Part shown: positions 29,399 to 39,209 of the stretch, piece by piece | Numbering within the stretch: position 1 is the first letter of the stretch | Layout of the letters: each line of letters begins with the position of its first letter | Assembly: GCA_965198005.1 (NCBI GenBank) | Contig: CBDAOI010000004.1 | Span: forward strand, 32,001 to 96,000 | Length of the DNA stretch: 64,000 nt | Direction: 5' to 3' | Source of the DNA: Spirochaetia bacterium | GTDB taxonomy: Bacteria; Spirochaetota; Spirochaetia; SZUA-6; Bin103 | The notes under the pieces: generated by a model | What the model was told of the DNA's origin: nothing | Seen by the model: only the letters and a program-made list of their open reading frames with translations | The model's database searches: none | Position numbers and translations under genes: made by a program

Positions 29399-30404
29399 CG
29401 CCGCTGCCGGAAAAGCGGATGCGCGGATCGACCAGCGCCAGCAGCACGTCGGCGGTGATCATGCCGAGCAGAATGAGAAGGCTGATGAACATGATGTTGG
29501 CCAGCACCAGGTTGATGTCCTCCTGGCGCACCGCCTCGTACATCAGCCGTCCGATGCCGGGGTAGGAGAAGATGATCTCCATGATCAGCGACCCCGAGAA
29601 CAGCGTCGCGAACAGATCGGCGCTGCTGGTGACGTAGGGGTTGAGGGTGTTGCGGAAGGCGTGCACCACGTACACCCGCCGCTCGCTGATGCCGCGCGAG
29701 CGCAGCGCGATCACCCAGGGCTGGCCGAGCTGGTCGAGCATGGTGGCGCGGATGTAGCGCATGGTGCCGCCCACGCCGCCCAGGAACGCGCCGAGCAGCG
29801 GCAGCGCGATGTGGTGCAGGTAGCTGAAGGAGAAGCGTAGCGGCGCCTCCCGGAACGGGAAGTTGGGGTAGGCGGTGATCGGGAACCAGCCGCTGACCGC
29901 GGCGAAGAGCTGCAGCAGGATCAGCAGCAGGATGGCGGGAAAGGCGTGCAGCACCAGCGCCGTGAAGGTCGCCGCCAAGTCCACCCGGGTGCCCACCTTG
30001 GAGGAGAAGTAGAGGCCGGCGCCGAACGACAGCAGGGTCAGGAACACCAGCGAGATCAGGTTGAGGATGAGCGAGTTGATCATCCGCGACTGGATCAGGA
30101 ACAGGATCGGGGCGCGCGAGATCAGCGACCGGCCCAGGTCGCGCTCCACCACCACCTGGTAGAGCCAGCGCCCGTACTGGGCGTAGAACGGCAGGTCGAG
30201 CCCGAGGCGCGCGCGCGCGGCGGCGATCTGCTCCTCGGTGTAGACGTTGTCCGTCTGCCGGTCGGCGGAGATCAGCATCTGGCTGCGGACGTAGTTCTCC
30301 ACCATGTCGCTGGGCGCCAGCTTCATCAGCCCGAACACCGCCAGCCCCAGCACCAGCAGCATGGCCACCAGCGACGCCAGCCGGCTGGCCAGAAAGTACA
30401 GCAG
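29391..30404 (-). CDS. Peptide ABC transporter permease (OppB-like); start uncertain (CTG 30404 or ATG 30362)
   Basis: C-terminal part of ORF 29391-32126: LGLDLP..QY..W, DLGRS, HAFRN, EIIFSYPGIG, DPRIR. Confidence 0.9.
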   Translation of the reverse strand: MLYFLASRLASLVAMLLVLGLAVFGLMKLAPSDMVENYVRSQMLISADRQTDNVYTEEQIAAARARLGLDLPFYAQYGRWLYQVVVERDLGRSLISRAPILFLIQSRMINSLILNLISLVFLTLLSFGAGLYFSSKVGTRVDLAATFTALVLHAFPAILLLILLQLFAAVSGWFPITAYPNFPFREAPLRFSFSYLHHIALPLLGAFLGGVGGTMRYIRATMLDQLGQPWVIALRSRGISERRVYVVHAFRNTLNPYVTSSADLFATLFSGSLIMEIIFSYPGIGRLMYEAVRQEDINLVLANIMFISLLILLGMITADVLLALVDPRIRFSGSGDG

Positions 30405-30466
30405 CGGAAAGCGGCGTCCGCTCGGGTAGCGGCGCCGGGCGGCCGCGGCGTGCGGGCGCGCGCTCC

Positions 30467-32152
30467 CTACTCGCGGTCGAGCAGATACAGGTAGGTGGCG
30501 TCGAGACCGTTCAAGGTGTCGTAGAATACGTTCCCCCACTTGTTGCGCACCGCCACGAACCGGAGCGGGTAGACGATGTACGTCATGGGCGCCTGATCGA
30601 GCAGGAGCTGCTGGTACTCGTCGTAGATCGCCTTGGCCTTCTCCTCGTCCAGGGTGAAGCGCCCTTCGTTGTAGAGGTAGTCGACGCGCGTCTCCCACTC
30701 GGTGTACGGCTCCTCCTGCAGCGGGTGCCACAGGTGGAAGTTGCCCTTGGACTGCCACACGTTGCTGCCTCCCTCGGGCCAGTAGTTGGAGCCCAGCGAG
30801 GCGGTCGCCACGTGCCAGTCGTAGGTGCTGGTCAGCATCTCCACCAGCTTCTGGAAGTCGATCGGCCGCACGTTGCCGGTGATGCCGAACGCCTTGAGCT
30901 CGTCGGCGAAGATGTTCATGACGTCGATCCCTACGTTGTTCTCGGCGCCGACGTGGATGTCGAACTCGACGTGGTTGCCGTCGGCGTCCTCCATCAGGCC
31001 GTCCGCGTTGGGGCGGATGCCGATCTCCGCCAGCAGCGCGCGCGCCCGATCCGGGTCGTAGCTGAACCGTTGCCGGACCGACTCGTCGAAGTAGGGGTTG
31101 GCGCGGGCGAAGAAGTGCAGCGCGGGCTCGGCCAGGCCGCGGTACACCTGGCTGGCGACGCGGTCGCGGTTGAGCACCGCGCTCATCGCCTGGCGGAACC
31201 CGGTCTGGCTGAACCAGCTGTACACCAAGGGGTCCATGGTGTCGGGGTTCTGGTTGAAGGAGATGAAGGCGGACCCCAGGGTCGGACCGCCATTGTATAC
31301 GGTGTAATCCGGATCCTCGGCGTTCAGCAGCTCGTCCAGGTCTTCGGGGCGCAGCGTGAAGGAGTCTTTCTTGCCTTCCTTGAACAGCAGCAGCTCGGTG
31401 TTCCGGTCCGGCACGATCTGGTAGATGAGCCGCTCGACGTACGGCAGCGTGACGCCGGCCTCGTCTTTCTTCCAGTAGTTGGGGTTGCGCTCCATCACCA
31501 CGCGCACGCCGGGCTCGTACTCGGCGACGTAGTACTCGCCGATCGAGGGAATGGTCGTCGGGTCGGTGTCGATGCTGAACAGGTTGAACACGCCTTCCAC
31601 GCCGCCGTCGCGCTTGGCAGGTTCGTAGAAGTAGCGCGGACCGAAGTCCATGTTGGTGGACAGGATCGGGTTGGCGACGATGCGCGGGTAGTGGAACGCC
31701 ACCGTGCGCTGGTCGATCTTCTCCACCTCGATGCGCGCCTCGGAGCCGTCCGGCATCTCGATGAACTGGCCGGCGTAGCCGGGCTGCTGCAGCTCCTGGT
31801 CGCCCTCGATCTCGTCGTACCAGAACACGACGTCGTCGGCGGTGACCTGCACCCGGGTGTCGGGATCGGCGAGCGTGGTCCAGTAGAGGTCGTCGCGCAG
31901 GGTGTAGGTCACCGTGAGCGAGTCGGCCTCCTCGTCCACCTCGACCTCGAAGCTGGCCAGGTTGGGGATGAACTCGCGCGTGTAGGGGTCGTAGTCGGCC
32001 AGCGGATCGAACAGCACGCCGACCACGGCGACGGTGTCGCCGTCGCGCGCCAGCAGGGTGTTGAAGCTCTTGGGGTCGTTGTTGATCGAGCCGAGCCAAG
32101 TGCCGCCGACGGTGCCCAGCTCCCATTCCTGGCCGCCGGGGCGTTCCACCAT
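30467..32152 (-). CDS. Peptide ABC substrate-binding protein (OppA-like), no signal peptide, probably 5'-truncated
   Basis: DPKSFN, VTADDVVF, ERNPNYWK, FRQAMS. In-frame stop at 32207-32209 with no start codon or hydrophobic leader between it and ATG 32152. Confidence 0.85.
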   Translation of the reverse strand: MVERPGGQEWELGTVGGTWLGSINNDPKSFNTLLARDGDTVAVVGVLFDPLADYDPYTREFIPNLASFEVEVDEEADSLTVTYTLRDDLYWTTLADPDTRVQVTADDVVFWYDEIEGDQELQQPGYAGQFIEMPDGSEARIEVEKIDQRTVAFHYPRIVANPILSTNMDFGPRYFYEPAKRDGGVEGVFNLFSIDTDPTTIPSIGEYYVAEYEPGVRVVMERNPNYWKKDEAGVTLPYVERLIYQIVPDRNTELLLFKEGKKDSFTLRPEDLDELLNAEDPDYTVYNGGPTLGSAFISFNQNPDTMDPLVYSWFSQTGFRQAMSAVLNRDRVASQVYRGLAEPALHFFARANPYFDESVRQRFSYDPDRARALLAEIGIRPNADGLMEDADGNHVEFDIHVGAENNVGIDVMNIFADELKAFGITGNVRPIDFQKLVEMLTSTYDWHVATASLGSNYWPEGGSNVWQSKGNFHLWHPLQEEPYTEWETRVDYLYNEGRFTLDEEKAKAIYDEYQQLLLDQAPMTYIVYPLRFVAVRNKWGNVFYDTLNGLDATYLYLLDRE

Positions 32153-32206
32153 CTTGGCGAGGATCCTGCGCGTGAATCTCGAAATGGATGACTGGTGGCC
32201 TCGCCG

Positions 32207-32590
32207 TCAGGCAACTCGACCGCGTTTGATGTTGGACAAGTGCTTGTCGAGCGTTGCTTCGACTTCCGGTTTGCCGCCTATGGTGTCATCGTAGAAGATC
32301 ACCCGATAGCCGCTGATATCGAATGGCAGATCCCCCCCGCGTCGAGCCAGTAACACCGTTGGCTTGTCGAGGGCATGAGCATACCCAAGCTCATAGAACA
32401 CGTTGGCATTGGACGGCGATATTTCGGCGATCACGACATCCGAGTCCAGCAAACCGTTAATGATATCTTGCAGAATTATCCCAGGGCGAAACACGTCATC
32501 GGCACGCTGCACCTGGAAGCCGCTTTTTTCACAGACAGGCCGAATCACTTCTCTATACAAGTTGTCGTAGGTGTCCTCGAACTTCATCAC
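32207..32590 (-). CDS. Nucleoside 2-deoxyribosyltransferase-like domain, probably a 5'-truncated gene
   Basis: RADD, SDVVIAEIS..NANVFYELGYAHAL, PFDI. Protein-like frame (VEFRDFLVDGTRPKAFIV) continues upstream with no start; lower GC. Confidence 0.75.
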   Translation of the reverse strand: MMKFEDTYDNLYREVIRPVCEKSGFQVQRADDVFRPGIILQDIINGLLDSDVVIAEISPSNANVFYELGYAHALDKPTVLLARRGGDLPFDISGYRVIFYDDTIGGKPEVEATLDKHLSNIKRGRVA

Positions 32591-32838
32591 TATGAATGCT
32601 TTCGGACGTGTCCCGTCGACCAGAAAATCGCGAAACTCGACGACTCCATCCCCGAGATTTGACCTTGCGCCCCATTACCAAGTCATCTCCAACCATACAC
32701 GACAACCCAGGCCGCCGCACGGCGCTGCCGACGGGGCACAGAAGCACGTCCAGACGGGCGCTGGGTTTGTCGGGCGCCAGCAGATCGGGCTCCCGCGAGC
32801 CGGGCGCCGGCCCGCGCACGTCCAAGACTCGGTGTACT

Positions 32839-32922
32839 TGCCCGGAAGAGGACTCGAACCTCCACAGCCGTACGGCCACTAGACCCTGAACCTAGCGTGT
32901 CTACCAATTTCACCATCCGGGC
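32839..32922 (-). tRNA. tRNA-Leu(CAG)
   Basis: GCCCGGATGGTGAAATTGGTAGACACG-CTAGG-TTCAGGG-TCTAG, long variable arm, GGAGGTTCGAGTCCTCTTCCGGGCA; CCA not encoded. Confidence 0.97.
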
Positions 32923-33047
32923 GGGATGGGCGGCGCGCCGCCTATCCCGCAACATAGCGCCGGAGGCCGGTTGGTGTCAACTCCTGCGCCGCCGGCGCCG
33001 CCGGCGACGGCGGCGCAACGCGCGCGGCATGATATGGTACGGGATAG

Positions 33048-34205
33048 ATGGAAAGAGGGATGGAAACCGGCGTGCGCATTCTGTTCATCGGGGAGATCGT
33101 CGGCCGGGCCGGGATCTACTGCGTCAAGGCGCTGTTGCCCGGCCTCAAGCGCGAGTTGGGGATCGACCTCACGATCGCGGCGGCCGAGGGCGCCACGGGG
33201 GGCTTCGGGATCGGCAAGGGCCATGCGGTGTACCTGCACAAGCTCGGGGTCGACGTGATCACCACCGGCGACTTCGCCTACTTCAAGCGCGACCTGGTCG
33301 GCCACTTGGCGCAGGCGCCCTACATGCTGCGGCCGGCCAATTACCCGTCCAGCAACCCGGGCCGCGGCTGGCTGGTGACCGGCCGACCCGCCGCCCGCAC
33401 CCGGCAGCCTGACCCGGCACCCGCGCCCGCGCAACCGGCACCGGCAGCCGCCCAGCCGCCACCGGCGCCCGCCCAACCGCCACCGGCGCCCGCCCAGCCG
33501 CCACCGGCAGCCGCCCAGCCGCCACCGGCGCCCGCCCAACCGCCACCGGCCGCCCCCCCAACCGGCGCCCGCCGCCAACCGGCACCCGCCGCCACCCAGC
33601 CGGCGCCTGCCGCCACCGCGCCTGCTGCCGGGGGCGGAGCGGCGCCCGGTCCCGGCCCCCGCCCGCGCGTGGGAATCATCACGCTGCTCGGACAGGCCGG
33701 GTTTCACCGGGTGCACCTGCGCAGCCCGTACGAGTTCGCCCTCCAGCTCGTCGAGCGGGTAAGGCGGGAAACGCCGCTGGTGCTGGTCGACTTTCACGCC
33801 ACCACCACCTCCGAGAAGACCACCATGTGCGCCCTCCTCGACGGCAAGGTGTCGGCCATCGTCGGCACCCACGTGCGTACCCTGTCGGCCGACGCCCGGC
33901 TGCTGCCGCGCGGCACCGCCGCCATCACCCACAGCGGGCGCACCGGCAGTCTGCACTCGGTGGGGGGTCTCGACCCCGTGGTCGAGACCCGCATGCTGAT
34001 CAACCAGGTGCACGAACAGTCGCGCGACGCCTGGGGGTTGCTGGAGCTGCAGGGGGTGGTGCTGGAGCTGGGCGCCGACGGCGCCGCCCGCAGCATCGCC
34101 TCGCTGCGCCGCCAGACCCGCGCTTCGGAGGCGGAGCAGGCGGCCGCCGAAGGTCCGCCGCAGCACCATCCGCGCGCCGGCCGGCGCGGCGACCGGCGCC
34201 GTTGA
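33048..34205 (+). CDS. YmdB-family metallophosphoesterase-like protein with Pro/Ala/Gln insertion
   Basis: RILFIGEIVG, LRPANYP..NPGRG, VDFHA..TSEK, VGTH, GRTGS..SVGG. Confidence 0.85.
   Translation: MERGMETGVRILFIGEIVGRAGIYCVKALLPGLKRELGIDLTIAAAEGATGGFGIGKGHAVYLHKLGVDVITTGDFAYFKRDLVGHLAQAPYMLRPANYPSSNPGRGWLVTGRPAARTRQPDPAPAPAQPAPAAAQPPPAPAQPPPAPAQPPPAAAQPPPAPAQPPPAAPPTGARRQPAPAATQPAPAATAPAAGGGAAPGPGPRPRVGIITLLGQAGFHRVHLRSPYEFALQLVERVRRETPLVLVDFHATTTSEKTTMCALLDGKVSAIVGTHVRTLSADARLLPRGTAAITHSGRTGSLHSVGGLDPVVETRMLINQVHEQSRDAWGLLELQGVVLELGADGAARSIASLRRQTRASEAEQAAAEGPPQHHPRAGRRGDRRR
33429..33554 (+). repeat. 21-bp coding tandem repeat, about 6 copies (AQPPPAP/A)
   Basis: Unit GCCCARCCGCCACCGGCRSCC. 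Confidence 0.9.
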
Positions 34206-34218
34206 GGAGTCGGCCGGC

Positions 34219-34872
34219 GTGAGCGCAACCCGCCTGCGCCGCGGTGGGAAGGGGCGCCCGCCGCGCGGCGTTTCGGGGCGCCGCTGCCGGGACCGCGGTC
34301 GCGCCGCGGCCCGGGCGCGGCGTACGGCGTTCGCCGCCGCGGCCGCCGCGTTCGCGGTCGCCGCCTGCAGCTTCGACTATCCCACCAAGGGCGCCGACGA
34401 GCTGGCCGAGCAGGTGCCGAAGACGGTGCTCACCGGCGTCACCTACCGGATCGTACGGGACGGTCGGGTGCGGGCGGTGATCGGGGCGCGCCAGGTTGAG
34501 CACTACCCGAGCACCGGCACCGCGCTGCTGATCGGCGCCCACTACACCGAGTTCGACGATGCGGGAACCGTGGTCGCTACCGGCAGCGCCCAGCGCGCGG
34601 TGTACTACACCGAGAGCGAAGACGCGGAACTGGCCGGGGCGATCGACCTGCGGTCCGAGTCGGAGCAGACCGCGGTGCACGCGGGCGTGCTGCGCTGGGC
34701 GAGCAAGCCGCGGGAGCTGAGCGCTCCGGCGGGGGAGGTGGTGGAGCTGGCCCGGGACGATGGCTCGCAGGTACGCGGCGCCGGGTTCACGGCCGACCTG
34801 CGCCGCAAAGCGGTCCGGTTCGCGGCGCCGGTGACCGGCAGCTTCGTCGTCGACGGCGCCGAACATGAGTGA
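34219..34872 (+). CDS. lptC: LptC-like lipoprotein
   Basis: Lipobox AVAAC-SFDY, beta-jellyroll-like sequence, position upstream of lptA and lptB. Confidence 0.7.
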   Translation: MSATRLRRGGKGRPPRGVSGRRCRDRGRAAARARRTAFAAAAAAFAVAACSFDYPTKGADELAEQVPKTVLTGVTYRIVRDGRVRAVIGARQVEHYPSTGTALLIGAHYTEFDDAGTVVATGSAQRAVYYTESEDAELAGAIDLRSESEQTAVHAGVLRWASKPRELSAPAGEVVELARDDGSQVRGAGFTADLRRKAVRFAAPVTGSFVVDGAEHE

Positions 34873-35653
34873 CCCAGGCCGCAGCCGCCGGCCTGCCGGC
34901 CCGCGCGCCGGCGGGTGGTGGCGTCCGGCCGCGCTGGCCGTGCGTGCGGCCGGAGCCGCCGCGCTGTTGCTGCTGGCGGCGGCGGCCGCGGGCGCTGACG
35001 AGGCCGCCGGCGCTGACGAGGCCGGTGCCGCTGCCGGCAGCGGCGCCGACAACGGCGCCGACCGGTTCTCGTTCGCCGCCGACCTGATGGAGACCGTGCT
35101 GGCGGAGGGGCGTGAACATACGCTGCTCAGCGGTCATGCCACGCTGACCTCGCGCGACACGCGGATCACAGCCGATACCATCGAGCTGTTCGGCGAAGAG
35201 TTCGGCGCGGTCCGCGCCGCCGGCGAGGTGCGGGTGGTGAACGCGGTACGCGGTATCGAGATCAGGAGTCAGACCCTGATCTACGACCGCGACCAGCAGA
35301 TCGTGCGCATCCCGGCCGAGGCCCTGCTGGTGGACCGCGAACACGACCTGGTGATCAAGGGTGGCTACCTCGAGCACTGGGAGGAGCGCGACCAGACGGT
35401 GATCCAGATTCAGGTGCGGATTCTGGGCGACGACCTGGTGGCGCGCGCCGAGCACGTGCGCTACGACCGCGCCCGCCAGCTCCTGGAGCTGAGCGGGCTG
35501 CCGCGGGTGACCTGGAAGGGCGACGAGTTCCGGGCGGCGCACATCGCCATCGACCTGGAGACGGAGCGGATCGAGCTGGAGGGCGCGGTCAGCGGGCTCA
35601 TTACCCGTGACGAGGATGGCGGCGAGGCCGGCGGTGAGGCCGGCGGTGAGTGA
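34865..35653 (+). CDS. lptA: LptA/OstA-family protein
   Basis: Signal peptide; FSFAAD, ITADTIELFG and LELSG motifs; gene context. Confidence 0.75.
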   Translation: MSDPGRSRRPAGPRAGGWWRPAALAVRAAGAAALLLLAAAAAGADEAAGADEAGAAAGSGADNGADRFSFAADLMETVLAEGREHTLLSGHATLTSRDTRITADTIELFGEEFGAVRAAGEVRVVNAVRGIEIRSQTLIYDRDQQIVRIPAEALLVDREHDLVIKGGYLEHWEERDQTVIQIQVRILGDDLVARAEHVRYDRARQLLELSGLPRVTWKGDEFRAAHIAIDLETERIELEGAVSGLITRDEDGGEAGGEAGGE

Positions 35654-36380
35654 CCCGGCGACGCTCGAGGTGGCCGGGCTGCGCCGGCGGTTCGGCCGCA
35701 AGGAGGTGGTGCGGGGGGTCTCGTTCGCGATGCAGGCGGGCGAGGTGGTGGGGCTGCTGGGCCCCAACGGCGCCGGCAAGACCACCGTGTTCTACATGGT
35801 GGTCGGCTTCATCCGCCCGACTGCCGGGCGCATCTTCCTTGGCGGCACCGACATCTCGCGCCTGCCGATGTTCCGGCGCGCGCGGCTCGGCATCTCCTAT
35901 CTGCCGCAGGAAGCGTCGGTGTTTCGCAAGTTGACCGTGGAGCAGAACATCCTGGCGGTGCTCGAGCTCCAGCGCGGCATCTCCCGCCGCGCCCGGCGCC
36001 GGCGCTGCGATGAGCTGCTCGACCAGCTCGGCATCGGTGACCTGCGCCACCAGCGCGCGCAGACCCTGTCCGGCGGCGAGCGCCGGCGTACCGAAATCGC
36101 GCGCGCGCTCGCTACCGGCCCGAAGTTCCTGCTGCTGGACGAGCCGTTCACCGGCGTCGATCCGATCGCGGTGCAGGAGATCAAGCGGATCATCCTCAGC
36201 CTGGCCGAGGCCGGCATCGGCGTCCTGATTACCGACCACAACGTGCGCGACACCCTGGAGATCACCAGCCGCAGCTACATTCTGCGGCTGGGCAGGCTCA
36301 TGGTCAGCGGTACGCCGGCCGAATTGCTCGACAATGCCGAGGCGCGCGCTCTCTACCTGGGGCGCGACTTCAGAATGTAG
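35646..36380 (+). CDS. lptB: LPS export ABC ATPase
   Basis: GPNGAGKTT, YLPQEASVFRKL, LSGGERRR, DEPF.GVDP, TDHNVRDTL. Confidence 0.95.
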   Translation: MSDPATLEVAGLRRRFGRKEVVRGVSFAMQAGEVVGLLGPNGAGKTTVFYMVVGFIRPTAGRIFLGGTDISRLPMFRRARLGISYLPQEASVFRKLTVEQNILAVLELQRGISRRARRRRCDELLDQLGIGDLRHQRAQTLSGGERRRTEIARALATGPKFLLLDEPFTGVDPIAVQEIKRIILSLAEAGIGVLITDHNVRDTLEITSRSYILRLGRLMVSGTPAELLDNAEARALYLGRDFRM

Positions 36381-36499
36381 CACCTGCCGGCGCTCCGCCG
36401 CGCGACCGGCGCCTACCGGCGCGACCGGCGCCGGCCGTACCGGCGCGACCGGCGCCTCGTTGACAAACAGGTGGCCCGCACCCCCACCATGCAGGCGAG

Positions 36500-37900
36500 A
36501 TGTTGTCGCAACGGCCCGTCCTGCGCCAGGAGCAGCGCCTCAAGATGACGCCGCAGCTCTACCAGGCGATCCGCATCATGGCGCTGCCGGTGCAGGAGCT
36601 GAAGGCCACGATCGAGGACGAGTTGGAGCGCAACCCGGCGCTCGAGGTGATTGCCGACAACTCCACCACGTCGCTGGACACCGGTCCCGAGCGGCGGGAG
36701 GAGGAGAGCGTGTTCGCCGAGTCCTCCGACCCCGGTTACCTGAACGGGCGCGGCGGCACCGACGACGACGCCAAACGGAGGTTCCTCGAGGGTGCGTTGG
36801 CGCGGCCCGATTCGTTACAGGATCACCTGCTGTGGCAGCTCCGCCTGCAGCCGCTGCACCCGCAGGAGTTCGCGCTCGGCGAGCTTCTGGTCCACAATCT
36901 CGATCACAACGGGTTCTTCCTGGAGGAGCCTTCGACGCTCGATCCGGCCGCGCCCGCGGCCCGGCTGCAGAAGCTGATCGAGCTGATCCAGGGGTTCGAT
37001 CCGACCGGGTGCTGCACGCGCGACTACACCGACTCGCTGCTGGCCCAGATCCGGGTCCATCCCCATCCCGAACCCGGCAGCGCCGAGCTGGTGTGCGGCC
37101 AGATGGAGCTGGCGGAGCGCGGCAAGATCCCCGAGATCGCGCGCAACCTGAAGCTCCCGGAGGCGCAGGTCCACCGGATTCTCGCCTTCGTGCGCGAGCT
37201 CGATCCGATTCCGGGCCGCAATTTCAGCGCGGAGCAGGTCCGGTACGTGACGCCCGACGTCATCGTGAAGGAGACTGGCGGCGAGTTCACGCTGCTGGTC
37301 GACGACGAGCAGATCCCGGTGCTGGGCGTGAATCAGTTCTTCGACGAGCTCAGCCGCGCCAGCGACGATCGCGACCTCAAGAAGTTCGTGAACAACGGAC
37401 TGCGCGACGCGCGCTGGTTCATCCGCAGCATCGACGAACGCCGCCGATCGCTGATCAAGGTCGCGCGCGCGGTGGTCGAGTTTCAGCGCGCGTTCTTCCG
37501 CGGCGGCCCCAAGCACCTGGTGCCGCTCACCCTCAAGGACGTGGCCCACGAGGTGGGGGTGCACGAGGCCACCGTATCGCGCCTCGCCAACGGCAGGTAC
37601 GTGCAGACCGAGTTCGGGACGTTCGAGCTGCGCTATTTCTTCACCAATTCGATTTCCGGCTCGGGATCGAAGGGGTCGCGCTTCTCGAAGCAGGGCGTAA
37701 AGGAAATGATCCGTGAGGTGATTCTGGACGCCGACGCTCCCGGCGGCGGCGCACCCGGAGGCGACGGCAAACCGTTATCGGACAGTCGGATCGCGCTGAT
37801 TCTGGCCGAGAAGGGTGTCCACATCGCGCGGCGCACGGTCACCAAGTATCGCCGCGAGCTGGACATCGACAGCTCGTACCGGCGCACCGGAAGCGCCTGA
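36500..37900 (+). CDS. rpoN: RNA polymerase sigma-54 factor
   Basis: Q-rich region I, HEATVSR, RpoN box ARRTVTKYR; TTGACA at 36460. Confidence 0.97.
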   Translation: MLSQRPVLRQEQRLKMTPQLYQAIRIMALPVQELKATIEDELERNPALEVIADNSTTSLDTGPERREEESVFAESSDPGYLNGRGGTDDDAKRRFLEGALARPDSLQDHLLWQLRLQPLHPQEFALGELLVHNLDHNGFFLEEPSTLDPAAPAARLQKLIELIQGFDPTGCCTRDYTDSLLAQIRVHPHPEPGSAELVCGQMELAERGKIPEIARNLKLPEAQVHRILAFVRELDPIPGRNFSAEQVRYVTPDVIVKETGGEFTLLVDDEQIPVLGVNQFFDELSRASDDRDLKKFVNNGLRDARWFIRSIDERRRSLIKVARAVVEFQRAFFRGGPKHLVPLTLKDVAHEVGVHEATVSRLANGRYVQTEFGTFELRYFFTNSISGSGSKGSRFSKQGVKEMIREVILDADAPGGGAPGGDGKPLSDSRIALILAEKGVHIARRTVTKYRRELDIDSSYRRTGSA

Positions 37901-37914
37901 AGAAGGAGGCAGAC

Positions 37915-38238
37915 GTGCAATTGAACCTGAAGGCGGTCCACTTCGATCTCAATCCCCACCAGCGCGAGCATATCGACAAACGGCTGCAGCGGCTCACCTA
38001 CGGGCGCGACTATCTGCACGATCTGGCGATTACGCTGACCCGCGAAGGCAGCATGTTTCACGCCGACGCCTCGCTCCATTTCCGGTGGGGCCCTACCACC
38101 CACTTGCGGGTCAGCGGCTACGACGTGCTGGAGGCGTTCGACCGGCTGTTCGACAAGACCCAGGCCAAGATCAGCAAGGAAAAGGACAAGATCACGCACG
38201 TCGCCCACCGCGACCCCGAACGGGATTCCCGAGCATGA
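37915..38238 (+). CDS. hpf: Ribosome hibernation factor (short HPF/RaiA)
   Basis: Downstream of rpoN; SD AAGGAGG; HPF-like size and pattern. Confidence 0.85.
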   Translation: MQLNLKAVHFDLNPHQREHIDKRLQRLTYGRDYLHDLAITLTREGSMFHADASLHFRWGPTTHLRVSGYDVLEAFDRLFDKTQAKISKEKDKITHVAHRDPERDSRA

Positions 38239-38245
38239 TCGCCGC

Positions 38246-39208
38246 ATGACCGTGCTCGACCTGCTGCAGCTCGACCTGAAGGAGCACGAAGCGCTGGAGC
38301 TGACCTGCATCGGCGGCCGGCGCGGCCTGACCGCCGAGTTGACCGGTCCCGAGCTGAACCGGCCGGGGCTCGCCCTCGGCGGCTTCTACGACAGCTTCGC
38401 CTATCAGCGGATCCAGGTGTTCGGCCGCGGTGAGAGCGCCTATCTGCGCAAGCTGGCGGCCGAGGGCTCCACCTCGTCGCTGGAGCGGTTGGTGCGCTAC
38501 GACCTGCCGTGCAGTGCGTTCACCCACGGCATTGATCCGACTCCCGACTTCATGCGCCTGTCGGAAGCGGCCGGACGCGCGGTGCTGCAGACCTCCCTCC
38601 CGACCGCCGACTTCACCGCGCGCGTGGCGCGCATCCTGTCCTTGATGTTCGCGCCGTCGGTGCGCGTGCACGGCGTGATGCTCGAGGTGTTCGGTCTCGG
38701 CGTGCTGATCCAGGGACCGAGCGGAGTCGGCAAGAGCGAGGCGGCGCTGGCGCTGGTCGAGCGCGGCCACCGGCTGGTGGCCGACGACGTGGTGGAGGTG
38801 CGTCTGGTCGGCGGCAACGTGCTGCGTGCCAGCGGCACCCGCGTCGCCAGCCACCACATGGAGATTCGCGGACTCGGGATCATCAACATCTCCCACCTGT
38901 TCGGCGTCGGCGCGGTGCTCGATTCCCAGAACGTGCAGCTCGTGGTGCGGCTCGAGGAGTGGGACGCCAACGAAGCCTACGACCGGTTGGGGCTGGAAGA
39001 ACGCACCGTGGGGTTCCTCGGCGTAGGCGTGCGCGAAGTCCTGATTCCGGTGCGCCCGGGACGCCCGATCTGGATTATCATAGAGACCGCGACCATGAAT
39101 GAACGGTTGAAGCACATGGGGTACTACTCGGCGGCCGAGTTCAACCGCAACGTGACCCGCTGGATCGAAAGCCGTCAGCCGCACGCGGTGTCGATCGAGG
39201 AGTGGTAA
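38246..39208 (+). CDS. hprK: HPr kinase/phosphorylase
   Basis: NRPGLAL.GF, GPSGVGKSE, LVADD, MEIRGLGII. Confidence 0.97.
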   Translation: MTVLDLLQLDLKEHEALELTCIGGRRGLTAELTGPELNRPGLALGGFYDSFAYQRIQVFGRGESAYLRKLAAEGSTSSLERLVRYDLPCSAFTHGIDPTPDFMRLSEAAGRAVLQTSLPTADFTARVARILSLMFAPSVRVHGVMLEVFGLGVLIQGPSGVGKSEAALALVERGHRLVADDVVEVRLVGGNVLRASGTRVASHHMEIRGLGIINISHLFGVGAVLDSQNVQLVVRLEEWDANEAYDRLGLEERTVGFLGVGVREVLIPVRPGRPIWIIIETATMNERLKHMGYYSAAEFNRNVTRWIESRQPHAVSIEEW

Positions 39209-39209
39209 C

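Noticed and set aside
29391-32126. 911-aa OppA-OppB fusion ORF
   Set aside because: The upstream part is an alternative frame over oppA; only the last ~335 codons are permease.
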